Shown: piece by piece, positions 1-12,115 of the stretch
Position numbering within the stretch: the first letter of the stretch is position 1
Layout: every line of letters begins with the position of its first letter
The notes under the pieces: generated by a model
The model's database searches: none
What the model saw: only the letters and a program-made list of their open reading frames with translations
What the model was told of the DNA's origin: nothing
Position numbers and translations under genes: made by a program
From: Octopus sinensis
Lineage: Eukaryota
Length of the DNA: 64,000 nucleotides
Reading direction: 5' to 3'
NCBI RefSeq assembly: GCF_006345805.1
Contig: NC_043007.1
Span: 63,860,001-63,924,000, forward strand

Positions 1-265
1 AAATCGTGTCACTAAAAAAAATTAAACCTCAGTTCACTGTGACACCAAATTTTAGTAAAATGTTACGTTATATGTTACGTGATATTAGGCATACTGTGCC
101 GAAAGTCATACGAAATGTAAGCAGTCCAAGTGTTGTGGGTTGCTCATAACTGCTTTAGGACATTTACTTAGTTGTTATTTACTTAGCCATCCGTTCTGAT
201 TGACAAAAGCTATATGAAAGTTCAGTTAAATGTTTATTTGCAACTCAGAAATCTCAAATTCAATA

Positions 266-778
266 TCTATATATATAAAACTCTAGTTGTGTGAGTGTCT
301 GTCCCCTTCGATTTAGATTCCTAACTCCTCCCACATTTTGCGGTGCAGTTTAACCAAATTCGGGTATCTTATAGTCGTGATTCATATCGAGCCCGTCTGA
401 CTATTAGCGCGCGTCTACGATGAGTCTACGATTTTTAAAATAATTTAACATCATTTTTTATTCCATTTTAATGCATAATTTTTCGTGTGTCGATGGCGGC
501 GGAGTTGGCGTCCATGGTCACACCTGCACCTGTTTGCTTCTCCCCCTTCTTCCCTCCCTCGTGAAGCTGTGGGGAAGGGAGTGTAAAGACATCAACGTCG
601 TAATGCGTTGTCAAGGAGACCAGCGTTCTTTTAGAACAACGACTTCATGGCTTGAAGACACCAAAACAGAAATGGCTAAGAAAGCCCGAATTGGCATCTA
701 TAAGGGAAGTAACTCTCTAAAAATGCTTATATAGTTATTTCCCTTACAAACCCGAGCAACGCCGGGCGATACTGCTAG
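266..778 (+). mobile_element. Non-autonomous Helitron (~513 bp)
   Basis: Starts TC (A|TCTATATATATAAAA) and ends CTAG|T, i.e. inserted between A and T with no TSD; subterminal GC hairpin CCCG-AGCAACGC-CGGG at 751-766. Confidence 0.8.
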
Positions 779-1109
779 TATAATATATGTATATACTTCT
801 ATCTACTTAAAACCATACTGCACAATTTAACACAGAGATACAGTATGTGAGGTGCAATATGACCACCTTTTATCTCTGTTCTCGTATGTCTCTAGACCTA
901 AGTGTGTGGCCACAATAAATGCAGGTAAAGCGACCTGGCTAGAATGCTCCAAGTTCTTTTCTTTTCTTTTGTGGGCGCTAGTGATGTCATCACTGATTTT
1001 GCAGTTATTTTTGTGTGTGTGTTTTTTTTTTAATGTTTGTCATGACTGGATCGTGTTTTAGAAGTTGTTATTGTTTACCACAAAGCTCAATCCAAGTTGA
1101 GCAAATCTA

Positions 1110-1450
1110 GGTACTTTTTGGTTATCTCACCCCCATTAAAAAATTGGGTTATCTCCCCTAACTAAAAAATTGTTTAACCCTCAATAAAACAAAGAAAAAA
1201 TGAAAAATTTATAAACATGAAAACTGAAAAAATTAAACATCTTACTGAATCTACTAACATTTTTATAACAAATCATACCCTGCCTATTAAGGAGGCCAAA
1301 CGTCAACAATGTGTTGAAGTATTGAATCAAAACGATCAAAACTTTTTAAATCGAATCCCTTGTCGCCACATCAACGCGATTTTTTAGTGGGGAGATAACC
1401 CAATTTTTTAAACTAATTTTTTAATGGGGGTGAGATAACCAAAAAGTACC
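1110..1450. mobile_element. MITE with ~60-bp TIRs and 8-bp TSD (Merlin-like)
   Basis: GGTACTTTTTGGTTATCTCACCCCCATTAAAAAATT is perfectly inverted at both ends; flanks CAAATCTA (1102-1109) / CAAATGTA (1451-1458); superfamily inferred from GG..CC ends and 8-bp TSD. Confidence 0.8.
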
Positions 1451-1889
1451 CAAATGTATGATCAAAAATGCTTCTCATCTATGATGGACTCATGTTGTTG
1501 TTTTTTTAGGCATAGTATACTTAGGATGACATTATTTAAGATAGTGTGTGATTTGACAAAAATTAAGCTGCTCTTAATTTTTGACAGACTGACCATATGG
1601 AAGCTCTTTCGTTGGCTCGTGCTTTTTCTGGAGTGTAGTAGATGTGTCTGTGTTTGGGAGTGATTGAATATGTAGTGAAAAGGATTAGAAAGTTGAAACT
1701 TTCCTATATATTGAATCGTGTTCCTTGCATATCGTGTTATTTTTTCATTTAAAGTATTTTTATTTCATTGTGTAGATGGTGTGTGCATATGCAGCATTGA
1801 TGAGGCAAAATGTAATATTTTGTGTTCATTGTTATTCTTTGCGGAATATAATTTGATGAGGAGTTTTATTTTGAATAATTTTTAGAACC

Positions 1890-1927
1890 AATGGTGGTCT
1901 CGGACAAGTTAGTAACAAAAGGGTTAA
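1890..1927. mobile_element. Possible piggyBac-type terminus (single end)
   Basis: ...GTAACAAAAGGG|TTAA (CCC end plus TTAA target); partner end not found. Confidence 0.3.
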
Positions 1928-2099
1928 TGATGGTAGTCGTGTTTATTTTTTACATATTGTAATAAAAGAAATCTGTGTTTTATGTGTAAGAAATGTTTAT
2001 TACAAGCAACCCACAGACCAGGAGATCACACACGTAACAGAACACAGCAAAGTGCATAATATATGATTTTTATTATTACATATATAAAGGTAGCGGGGC

Positions 2100-3066
2100 A
2101 GAATGAGTAAGATTTACTGCATTTTTGATTTTGAGAAGAAAAAAGTTTTTTACAAATGTTTACTACCTTACAAAAACTAAACAAAAGACCTTCTCTAAAT
2201 GCATTAAAAACACTACATTCAGAAGAATATTTCAGAAAATTATCTCCGTTCACTTTGAGAATATAAAGACAAATTTAGCTGGAGCAAAATGAGTAATACA
2301 AGATAAGATTAATTTGCCTCTTCAATTCTCCAGAATTACATTTGATAAAAACTCACACACATTAGTGTCCATCCTTAGACATCAGAAAGATCAGTAATGC
2401 CACCAAAATTTTAAATATTTAGATCAAATGAAAGCAGATCATAGAAAAATGGCACATGATATGAAGTTAATGAAACTCAACTAAATCTAAAAACTTACCA
2501 TAAAATATTTGCTATAGCTTTTTCACTATCTGTTGAAGTGACTCTCTTCCCGATATATTTACGCACCATGCAGTTAAAGAGAAGAAATTACTGAAATTAG
2601 CCATTACTGATTTTTCCACAATTTAGACATCATTTTTTGAAAATTGAAAATTACAAAATTAGACATTAATATGGGGAAAAATTGACTTGAAATTCAACAG
2701 AGAGAAGAATATTGATTGTTAAACACCAAACCTTATCCAGATAGTTTATTGACAATCTCAATTACAATTGGGTCAAATTTCAAAAAATTCTGGAAAAAAA
2801 GTACCTGTCACTAATGTTTCAAACTCTCTTAACTTCAACAACAACTATGCTGACCAATTTTTACTCCCAAAGATGATGCAATACTTGCAATGTAATAGTT
2901 TCAAACAGGTGGTGGGCAAAAATAACGAGAAATCAGAAATTACTCATTTTGCTCTCCGCCCATAATACAAAACATCTTGCCGATTGTGATAGTCAGCAAA
3001 ATGGAAATAAAAATTATTCTTTCTGTGGTTCGGTACTGGTCCGCGCCCGATGGTTGGGGACCCTTG
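2100..3066 (+). mobile_element. hAT-Charlie remnant (3' terminus, decayed transposase)
   Basis: End GGTACTGGTCCGCGCCCGATGGTTGGGGACCCTTG matches Charlie/MER5-type termini; weak C-terminal transposase similarity (WVKFQK..FQTLLTSTTT) near 2760-2850; left boundary uncertain. Confidence 0.5.
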
Positions 3067-3306
3067 ATATAGGAGACGGCATGACTGGTTTTTAAGTCAA
3101 ATGTATCTTAAACAGTAGAATTTGTATTTTGGAAGAGAGGTAATTCAAGTATAATATTTCAGAATAACCTCCCTTAACTTGAATTTTCTTTTTTTTTTTT
3201 TACATGCGTTAAACCATTGATATTGTACAGTTCCATATTTAAGAGATGAGAAATTATGTACATTATTTACACTTGACGGATATTTGTCCTCACCTTGTTT
3301 GTTGTT

Positions 3307-3352
3307 AACACAACGTTTCGGCTGATATACCCTCCAGACTTCATCAGGTGTC
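3307..3352 (-). ncRNA. Minimal type I hammerhead ribozyme motif
   Basis: Minus strand GACAC-CUGAUGA-A-GUCUG[gagggtatat]CAGCC-GAAA-CGUU-GUGUU: helix I 5 bp, helix II with one mismatch, helix III reduced to palindromic ACGU. Confidence 0.65.
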
Positions 3353-3490
3353 TTGGGGAAATTTCGAACCTGGGTTCTCATTCAAGTTATCAGGTCACTG
3401 CCTGGATTAATAATAATAATAATGATAATTAATAATAACAACATAGAAAAATATCTTAGGAATGAGAACCCAGGTTCAAAATTTCCCCAA

Positions 3491-3531
3491 GACAACTGAT
3501 GAAGGCTGGAGGGTATATCAGCCGAAACGTT
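3491..3531 (+). ncRNA. Minimal hammerhead ribozyme motif (helix I damaged)
   Basis: CTGATGA 3496-3502, GGCTG/CAGCC helix II, GAAAC-GTT; the GTGTT helix I strand is missing. Confidence 0.5.
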
Positions 3532-4300
3532 AATAACAAACAAGATGAGGACAAATATCCGCCAAATGTAAATAATGTACATTGATACTGTATACAATTT
3601 TAAATCTTATACCAGCGTAATGTAATGGTATATTCATCCTCCGATTAGTGACTGAATTTCAGCATATAATGTTCCCTTTATCAGCTATTAAAAATGAACT
3701 ATTCGTACAAGTTTATTTTATGCATACAATATTTTTCTGAGGTTTAGTTGTGTGACACTTTTGATATCTAATGTCTGGATGATCTGATATCACGAACATT
3801 TCTAATTTTCATGTTTTTTTTTTTACTTGAAAATTAACATATAAAGCGCAATAGGCTCCGATCGTGACTGTCAGGCACAGGTCGACAGGCCACGATCGTG
3901 GCCCAGATAGATGCGTTTGTTGGGGTCTAATGTTTTTTACGTGTGCATGGGAATCTCATTTTCATAAAATGTACTCAACAATCCATGCTATGTAAGTGCA
4001 AATCCCAGTGCTTTATGGGTTAAAAATGTTCACCGACCCATTGTTATAAATGAAAAGTTTTAACGGGACTGAGGGGAGGATTCTCATTAAAATTTGCAAT
4101 TCTGTTAGGTCCAACGTCATCAAAATATACATTTAATAAGTTAGTATTTATAAAAATTTTAAGTTTTGAAAGACCCATGTCCGTTAAAAGTATGAATCCT
4201 TTTTGTGTGTTATCATTAAAACTGAAAATTTGTAAAAAGCTCTGAATCATCAAAATTAAGAATTCTTCTAAGACTAATGAGTTGAAATTTCTGAAAGATA

Positions 4301-4590
4301 ACCTTGGGCAAGTGTCTTCTACTGTAGCCTTGGGCCGACCAAAGCCTTGTGACTGGATTTGGTAGACGGAAACTGAAAGAAGCCCGTCATGTATATATAT
4401 ATATATGGGGAGGATTCTGTCTAGCTGTGTCCCCCACTATCGCTTGACAACCGGTGGTGGTGTGTTTACATCTCCATAACTTAACGGTTCGGCAAATGAG
4501 ATCCGATAGAATAAGTGTTGGGCTTTAAAAAAAAAAGAGATAAAACGAGTACAATATGATTCATTTAACTAAAAAAATTCTCCAAGGCGG
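4301..4590 (+). mobile_element. SINE family A, 5'-truncated
   Basis: Same body as the full copy at 14833-15212 (ccttgggcaagtgtcttctact...gacggaaactgaaagaagcccgtc). Confidence 0.8.
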
Positions 4591-4619
4591 AGAAAAAGGT
4601 AAAAGGTAAAAAAGTTATT

Positions 4620-5005
4620 TAATCTCTCTCTCTCTTTCTTTCACACACACACTCTCTCTCTCTCTCTCTCTCTCATTTGTTTCTTTATTTCTCAGCTTCT
4701 TTTGTGCACTTCCTTTCTCATCATTTTCAATGTCTTCATATTTTTCATCTTTGTCAGTCACATTTTCCTTATCTCGTTTTTTTCTTCCTATTTTCCTTTT
4801 ATTTTTTCTCTCTTGCTTTCGTCTTCCATTTTTTTTCTTTCTCTATGAACCTCACAGTTTTTCACATTCAGCTCTCTGTCTTTTCTCTCTCACTTTTTCA
4901 ACACCATACCTCCTACTCTCACTCTCCTGTGTTTCTTTTCTCTCCTTTTTTCTCCTCTTTCTCACCTTGTTCCATCCTCTTTCTCTCTACATCATTCACA
5001 CCATT
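4620..5005. repeat. CT-rich low-complexity tract
   Basis: (CT)n and polypyrimidine runs; explains ORFs 4677..5012 and 4730..5020. Confidence 0.8.
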
Positions 5006-5676
5006 CCAGTAAGTGATTAATCCAACTTACTAAGTGTACATTGTTTATGCTTGTCCTATAAATAGCATTTTAAAAATAGGTTCAGTACAATCGTGAATCT
5101 GTTATCATTAAGACCATGCTAGAATGAGCATAAAGAAGCCTTTTTTTTCTACAAAACTAATATTGCTGTGGAGGACTTTCAGCTTAGATGCAATGGATAA
5201 CTTTAAGAAATCCCTAATCTGCTAATGCAAGTGGGGTGGGGGTGGGAGTATTGCTAATTCAAGATAAATTCTATAGGAATGGAAATGCTGTCAGCAAGGT
5301 CTGTCTGAGATTCACATTGAGTTGTGAAGTGTGTGTACGGGAAGTGCTGTCCTCTAGTAAACTTGTTTAAAGATGCTGAAAGTAGCAAGCACAGTCTGAG
5401 TATATGGGCCTACTTTTACCATATACCTGTAGGCCAACGATTAATAATCAGGTGATGGTATTTACTCTAGGTATTCAAAGTAATTTTGAATATGTAGAGT
5501 ACATAGATTGGCTTCTTCTCTGAGTACCTTATTACTCATATGTATACTGTACATATCATTTACTTCCACTCATCCAATTTCTGTGAAAGATACTCCCAAA
5601 ATTCCTCAAAAGTTAGAGAGAATGCTGAACCCATTCACAACTGGATGTGCACACTGGTCTATGAATAAAATACAAA

Positions 5677-6070
5677 TACTCCTTTTGCATGTGATCTACA
5701 AGAGAGATTACTTTAGTTTCTTTTTAATTTATTTTTCAATTTCTAAAATCCCTTACATTTTTACAAAAAACCAGCACTAAATTCACATCATTTCTTAAGA
5801 AAAAGAAATGTGCCACTTTGCCGGGTGATCTACAATTTAAAGGGAGGTTACTTTGGGTTACTCTTCCGTTACTTTGTGTTAGTGCTACTTTCCATGTGAT
5901 CTACTTGAGCAAATTTACTTTAGTGGGTGATCTGTGCACTTATTTTAATTATTATATGTTTTTTTTTTATTAAAATAGTAAGAATTTGGAATACATTTAC
6001 AATGCTGTACAAAATAATTTAAAAAGTAACCTTAAGTAATCTCCCTTGTAGATCACATGCCAAAGGAGCA
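5677..6070. mobile_element. MITE-like element with ~37-bp TIRs and reiterated GTGATCTAC motif
   Basis: ctccttttgcatgtgatctacaagagagattactt (left) vs aagtaatctcccttgtagatcacatgccaaaggag (right); internal copies of gtgatctac..ttacttt. Confidence 0.6.
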
Positions 6071-6199
6071 CCCAAATGGCAATCTCATGTGTCTCTGGAG
6101 CAAAATTCTCTTCTGAGCATGGAATGAAGATGCACAGGATGAAAAAGGGCTCTATGAAAACTTTCATGAATGAGTAGCAGCACACTACAAGCAGATCAG

Positions 6200-7280
6200 A
6201 AAATCAAAGCTGAAAGTCATACTACAATACAAAGGACATCTATGCTACTAAATGCCAGAAGCTCAACCTGCCATTTGGGAGAGACTGAATGAAGTGAAAA
6301 TTCACAAGCTGAATGAGCTGGTAAGAAGGAATGTTCTTGAACACAACAAGCCACATTTGGTGATATTGTTTATGCAACCCTGCAGGAACACATGTAGAAT
6401 AAAATTGCCAAAGATGAAAGCACTTCCTCATAAATCCAGCTGTGGGTGAGAAATGGATAACATGCAGAGGAAGAAATGAGACCTCAAGAAAAGATGAAAA
6501 CTGCAGCAGATTTTGAGATTTTAAGGTTGGAGAAGCTCTGGAAAAACCCGAAAGCTGGATAGAGTGCTGTCATTGATGCAGACGCAGTGAGAAGGAGGCA
6601 AAGTAAAAATTTTAAAAAATCCAATTTGCTTCTTTAGGGACCCTTTACAATTTGTCAAGAAACTATTTGATTAGCTAATGTCTGGAAGGCAGTGGATAGT
6701 GAAATTCGGGAACAACATCTTAAGAAATCTTATTCTGATTCTCTTTACCTTTGTGAGGTATCATTTGAAATCCAGGAGCTGATGTGGCCAACAATGCCAG
6801 AGGAAATTGTCGATAACAAACCACCAACATTGAATGAAATAAAGGAAATGGTTCAGAAAGTCAGTGCCACCTTTGTCAAATGGAATTCCCTATCTGCTGT
6901 GTGAAAAATGTCCTAAGGTTCTTGGGTTGCTCCAAATAGTGTTATGGTCAATATGGAGGAACCTGATAATCAGCAACTAGTGGATGATAGCTGGCAGTAT
7001 GTATATTCCCAAAGAACAAAACTCATATAACAACACTTCTAAATACTGAGAGGAAAATCTTCTGTTATAGCAGCAAAGTTTACAAAATACCTCACAGGTA
7101 ATAAGTGTGTGGATATGTTGTCCAGAAAGGAGGCATCACAGGAATCTTTGGATGCATAAACAGAAATTACTCTTTCATAAGGAAGTGGACACTTAGACAT
7201 TCCAAAACCTTTCTGTGGCAAGATAATTCAAAATCTTTGACCTACTTCTTCACACTGTCCTCAGTTTTAAAAACCAGGCA
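6200..7280 (+). mobile_element. Decayed R2-superfamily (Hero-like) non-LTR retrotransposon, N-terminal RT region
   Basis: Frameshifted peptides FFRDPLQFVKKLFD, EQHLKKSYSD, KPPTLNEIKEMVQK, VYIPKEQNS, VQKGGITGIFGC. Confidence 0.65.
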
Positions 7281-7877
7281 CATTTACCTTCTTTATAGGT
7301 AACTTTCCTTTCTCTAATTTTTGAATAAGAAAGATTCCAGAAAAGCTGTACCCTTGTTGGTGATGGAAGTTTGCCAAGCAGATTTTTTTTTTCTTGGGCA
7401 ATTAAATTAATATTCAAAATCTGCATGTTGTTAGCAATACTGGCAAATGAAAAACTCTTATTCTTTTTCTTGTTTTATTCATCTGACTGTGTGTGTGTGA
7501 TCATGTTTTTGTGTGCACTGATTGTATAGCTGTTTGCCTTAACACTGTGAATATTCAAGTTTTTTTTTTCTTCAAAAAAGTCATTTTTTTTTCTTGTAAA
7601 AGAAATGTTTATATTGTGCTGTATTATAAAATATTTTTTTTTTCTTCTGATTACTGTCTGTAAAAGTGTGTCTTCATTTGAATTTATAATAGCATATCTG
7701 ATTACAACAGTCCTACCGTCACTCTGGTAAGCATCCCTTCCCACTCCTCCATATGATGAAGGCATCTTGAGTTTCTAGTAACAATGTTTACAAAATATGA
7801 AATATGAAGACCTTCCAAGAAACCTTGTCGACCTCATTCACACTTACTATGTTATAAAATTTCTTTATAACAACAGT

Positions 7878-7954
7878 AGTAATAATAATAATAATAATAA
7901 TAATAATTATTATTATTATTATTATTATATTTTTTATTATTAATATTATTATTA

Positions 7955-8010
<56 letters not shown>
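7878..8010. repeat. (AAT)n abutting (ATT)n microsatellite
   Basis: Direct reading. Confidence 0.9.
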
Positions 8011-9650
8011 GACTAATGAAGCTTTAGAACATCAGACAAAATGACTTGTGATATTCCTTTGGTTCTTTACTTTCTGAATTCAAATCTTGCTGGGGTCAAT
8101 TTTACCTTTCATTCCCCTGGAACCAGTGAAATAAAGTAGCAGTCAAGTACTGGGTTTGATAGTATCAACTAACTCCCTCACCTTGAAGCTGCTAATTTAG
8201 ACCTTGTACCTAAATTACAAACAATTATAATTGTTGTTGTTGTTGTTGCCAAGGTTATGGTATGGTAAAGTAATTTAGTTTCTGCTTGTTTTCATTGAAA
8301 AATACATTAACGTGTAAACTTTGCCTTGTAGGACTTGATAAAATAAACATTAGCAGAGTTAATTTAATCAATTCTGAAATTTTCCTCCATAAAATAAAAA
8401 ATAAAATTAAAAAGTACTTTAAGCCTGATGAATTAAGAAATCATTATATTCATAAAAATCAAAAGGAATGCTGTTTCTTTATCTTTCTCAAGTTATTTGT
8501 ATGATTTATTTATCTCAAGCAAGAAAGAAGGGAGAAAAAATATAAGGTGAAAGATGGACCTATTCACCTAACATTATTCTATGTTTAGATCTCTATGGTT
8601 ACAATGCTTTTAATTCACTCAGCTCTTGTATATAACCGAATTCCTCACTTTTCAGCTCTGCCATTCCTTCTTCCCACCCACTAACCATCATTAAAGAAGA
8701 TTCTTTTTGCATATGATGATACATGTAGCTATTTTATTTCCAAGGCACTTTTTTTTTCTTTCTTTACCTTTAATAACTACTTATCTCTTGCAAGGTTTGA
8801 AATGGTATATCAAGTAGATTTACCATTTCAAGTGGAATAGTATATTCAAGTAGTATATACCATTAACCTATTTTCAGCTTATCTATCTTTGAGAATTGCT
8901 CTTCCACTATTCTATAGCAATTAAACACTTCATCCACCACTGCCCTTCACAGCCATTGTTGCTAAATCTAGCATATTTCCCTCCTTGCAAATAAATGTTA
9001 TCTTTGGCATACACACACAGAGCATAAAAATAATGGTTAGACTATGTATTTTTTTTTTCTTGTGTATAACATGAAAGAGAGGAGTCACACATAAAGACTA
9101 GTATATACATTTAGTGTCATATATCAATTCCATACAATGGTTTCTTGGTGGTGTCCAGACGACATGGGTATTTTTAGAGGACTTGTACAGTTGTTGAGGA
9201 AGCAAAAGATTTTGTAGTGGTAATAGCCCTGTAATAGATGATGGCCACAATATATCTGGTGGTCTTAGCCTAAATTTAAGCCAATCATATTTCAAGTACG
9301 TTTGTATGATCACGTGATTCAAATGGAAATTTCCACACAGTTTTCTGTCACAACATGATCATAAAAGAGGACACATGGGACAAACTGCAGAGCAGAGGCT
9401 CAAGAGAAGCCAGAGATCTTGAGAGAATGCAGGGGCTTTGTAGAGGATTCCTGGTCAGCCATTCTCATCTCTCACTTCTCGCCAGCACAAACATATAATG
9501 ATCTCACCTCTTGCCAAACATACATAAACACATTTCTGGTATTCAGCAATAGAGCTTTCAGAAATACACCCTTTGTCATGTCAATATGGAAGTAAATGTC
9601 ATTCATTAAAACTGAATATTGTGGTTGGTTTTATCTTTTATATTTTACCT

Positions 9651-9995
9651 GTTTCAGTTATTTGACTGCAGCCATGCTGGGGCACTACCTTGAAGAATTT
9701 TCAGTCAACTGTACTAACCCCAGTACTATTTTTTTAAAGCATGGTACTTATTTTATTGGTCTCTTTTGCTGAACTGCTAAGTTATGGGGACGTAAACACA
9801 CCAGCATCAGCAGTGGTGGTGGATGTCAAACACAGATTCAATTACACACACACACTAGACTTCTTTCAGTTTCCATCCACCAAATCCACTAACAAGGCTT
9901 AGGTCAGTGCTATAGCAGAAGACACTTGCCCAAGGTGTCATGCAGTGGGATTGAACCTGGAACCATGTGGTTGGGAAGCAAGATTCTTACCACAC
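9651..9995 (-). mobile_element. SINE family A
   Basis: Reverse complement of the 14833-15212 element. Confidence 0.85.
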
Positions 9996-10504
9996 ATCCA
10001 AGATGGGAATTGACATGCAGCATGAACAAATCTCCAAAACTCACACTTTCATCTCTTAGATCATAAGTTTCAAATTGGAATGTTCTCTATCGTAGAATTT
10101 TTCTTATGGTTTAATAAATAGAGGAAAGGCTGTGGCTGTGACACTTTTTCAAGGTCTCCCAGAGTGGAGGGTTGAGATAAATGGCAGAAGTTGTCTACAG
10201 ATTGAATACCTGACATGAATGCTTTTCACAGAGTGAACTTGACCAAAAATCATGTATGGTCAGATGGTGGTGGAATGGTCCCTTTAAGAAAACTTCAATA
10301 CAGTTTCCCTATACCTCATTTTCCTCACAAATTTTCTCAGGCATCATTTCATGTTAATCTAGAAAAAAAAGACACCAGATTTATTAATATTACTTTTACA
10401 AGATATTCAGAAGAGCTAAAGTGGTGATAGTACCCATAACCCTCACAGGCCCACCTCAAAGATGAGATCAATGTGTTTAGTTTAAGCATCTGTAGTTTGA
10501 AACA

Positions 10505-10558
10505 TCAATAATAATAATAATGATAATAATGATGATGATGATGATGAGGATGATGATG

Positions 10559-10603
<45 letters not shown>

Positions 10604-10900
10604 TTATGGGCTAACAAAGAATTTCAGTGGGTAAAATATTTGAAACTGTTTAATGCAGAGTTTGAAAGGTGTGACATGGTAGGAGTAATATGAGGAAGGA
10701 GTGGTGTAGAAGTAAAGACCATTGGAGTATCAATAGGAATGCCAGAGAGAGGAGAGAGATGAAATAGTATGTCTGTGAGTTAGTGGTTGTAATGTGCTAG
10801 TGAGTAAATCTACCTACCAATAAGCCAGATGGGTTTCTTTTGGATACCATTTAGTATGTCAGTGTGTGTGTATTGCAGCACTATTGTTCCAGATATGTAA
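10505..10900 (-). mobile_element. CR1/Jockey-like LINE 3' remnant with (TTA)n/(CAT)n tail
   Basis: Minus-strand GIQKKPIWLIG and SLSSL..YSNGL resemble the CR1 thumb region; microsatellite tail at 10505-10605. Confidence 0.4.
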
Positions 10901-11508
10901 GCAGAATGCCAACTTGAGTGCATGCCTACCATAGAGATAGAAAAGTCATGATTATAATTTATTCCTTTGCTCAGTTACAACAATCCTCACACAAATCTAA
11001 CTGGAACACTCAATGATAAGCCTTTAACAATTTTTATTTTTTTGTATTTTATTAATATAAAGCGTAAGCAAAACACTGTAAGCTTTTTATGCAATAACAT
11101 TATTTTCATTATGAAAATATTCTATGTATCCTGTGTACTTGTGCATGTGTGTATGTGACTTGAGCGTGTAAAAGTTTTGCTAAGTATGATTATTCATTTC
11201 ATTTATTTGTTCAGTGATTCATATGATTGAATCAATATATCACATAAGAATACTTGAGGGTACTGAGGAAATAAAGGTCAAGAGGAGATTTAGCAGGATT
11301 TTTCTTCTTTTTTAATGGTTTCACACATAGAAGTGGAAGTGTCTATGACCTTTGCAGTCTTCTTCCCAACTACCTCAAACCAATGAGTTTGAACAGTTGA
11401 TGTTCAATTTAAACATCTGTAAGGACATCTACAGAAAAAGGTGAAGATGGAATTCTAGAAGGTTGATATTTTGAGGGATAAGGATTAGGTATAGTGCTTA
11501 GTGTAGAG

Positions 11509-11769
11509 TAGTGGTTCTTAATCAGGATCCATATGGCCCTTGGAGGTCCATAAAAGATTTTATTGTTTAAATTTAGGTGCAATAAATTGGTTATAATTCT
11601 ACAATACACAAAATATTTTTAGAATTTTATTTATACAATTTCTAAAAATATTTAATTATAAAAATACAAGAGGATTTTTTTTTAAACATTGAATGGCTAT
11701 GAGGGTTCACCCAAGCAAAATAGGGATCAAAGGGGTCCATAGGTAAAAACAAATGGTTGAGAATTGCTG
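11509..11769. mobile_element. hAT MITE (261 bp)
   Basis: TAGTGGTTCTTAATC...GGTTGAGAATTGCTG termini; 8-bp TSD GTGTAGAG/GTGCAGAG. Confidence 0.8.
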
Positions 11770-11949
11770 GTGCAGAGTTTAGAGTCAAAACAAAGTGAGA
11801 CACAGGGATATCAGGTGAGCTTGAGTGGAGCAGGTATGCATCTAATTACTTTCATATCATTTTGTGTGTGTGTGTGCATGCATGCATGGGTGAAAAAGTT
11901 GTAAATGAGTGTTACTGTTACATAGGAAATGTTATTCATTTCTAATCTT

Positions 11950-12115
11950 CTGTGAAAACATGTCCAGCCATAGGGAAATATTACCTTACTTGGAAACAGG
12001 TGAAGGCTGTCAACAGAAAGGGCAGCTGGTCATAGGAAATCTGCCTCAGTGAATTCTGTCTTACTCATGTGAGTATGAAAATGTGAACACTAAAACAATG
12101 GTAATGATAATCATG
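11950..12115 (+). mobile_element. RTE-tailed short element (second family)
   Basis: gggaaatattaccttacttggaaacaggtga core; inverted relative of 12760-12900. Confidence 0.55.

Larger units (their letters stand above)
3257..3582. mobile_element. Inverted pair of Penelope-type pseudo-LTR fragments
   Basis: 3257-3383 and 3460-3582 are ~125-bp inverted repeats separated by a (TAA)n-rich spacer; each arm carries a hammerhead core. Confidence 0.75.

Noticed and set aside
5508-5780. ORF resembling a signal peptide precursor (ASSLSTLLLICILYISFTSTHP...)
   Set aside because: Begins at TTG, has weak splice signals and no convincing donor, and runs into a MITE; no homolog recognised
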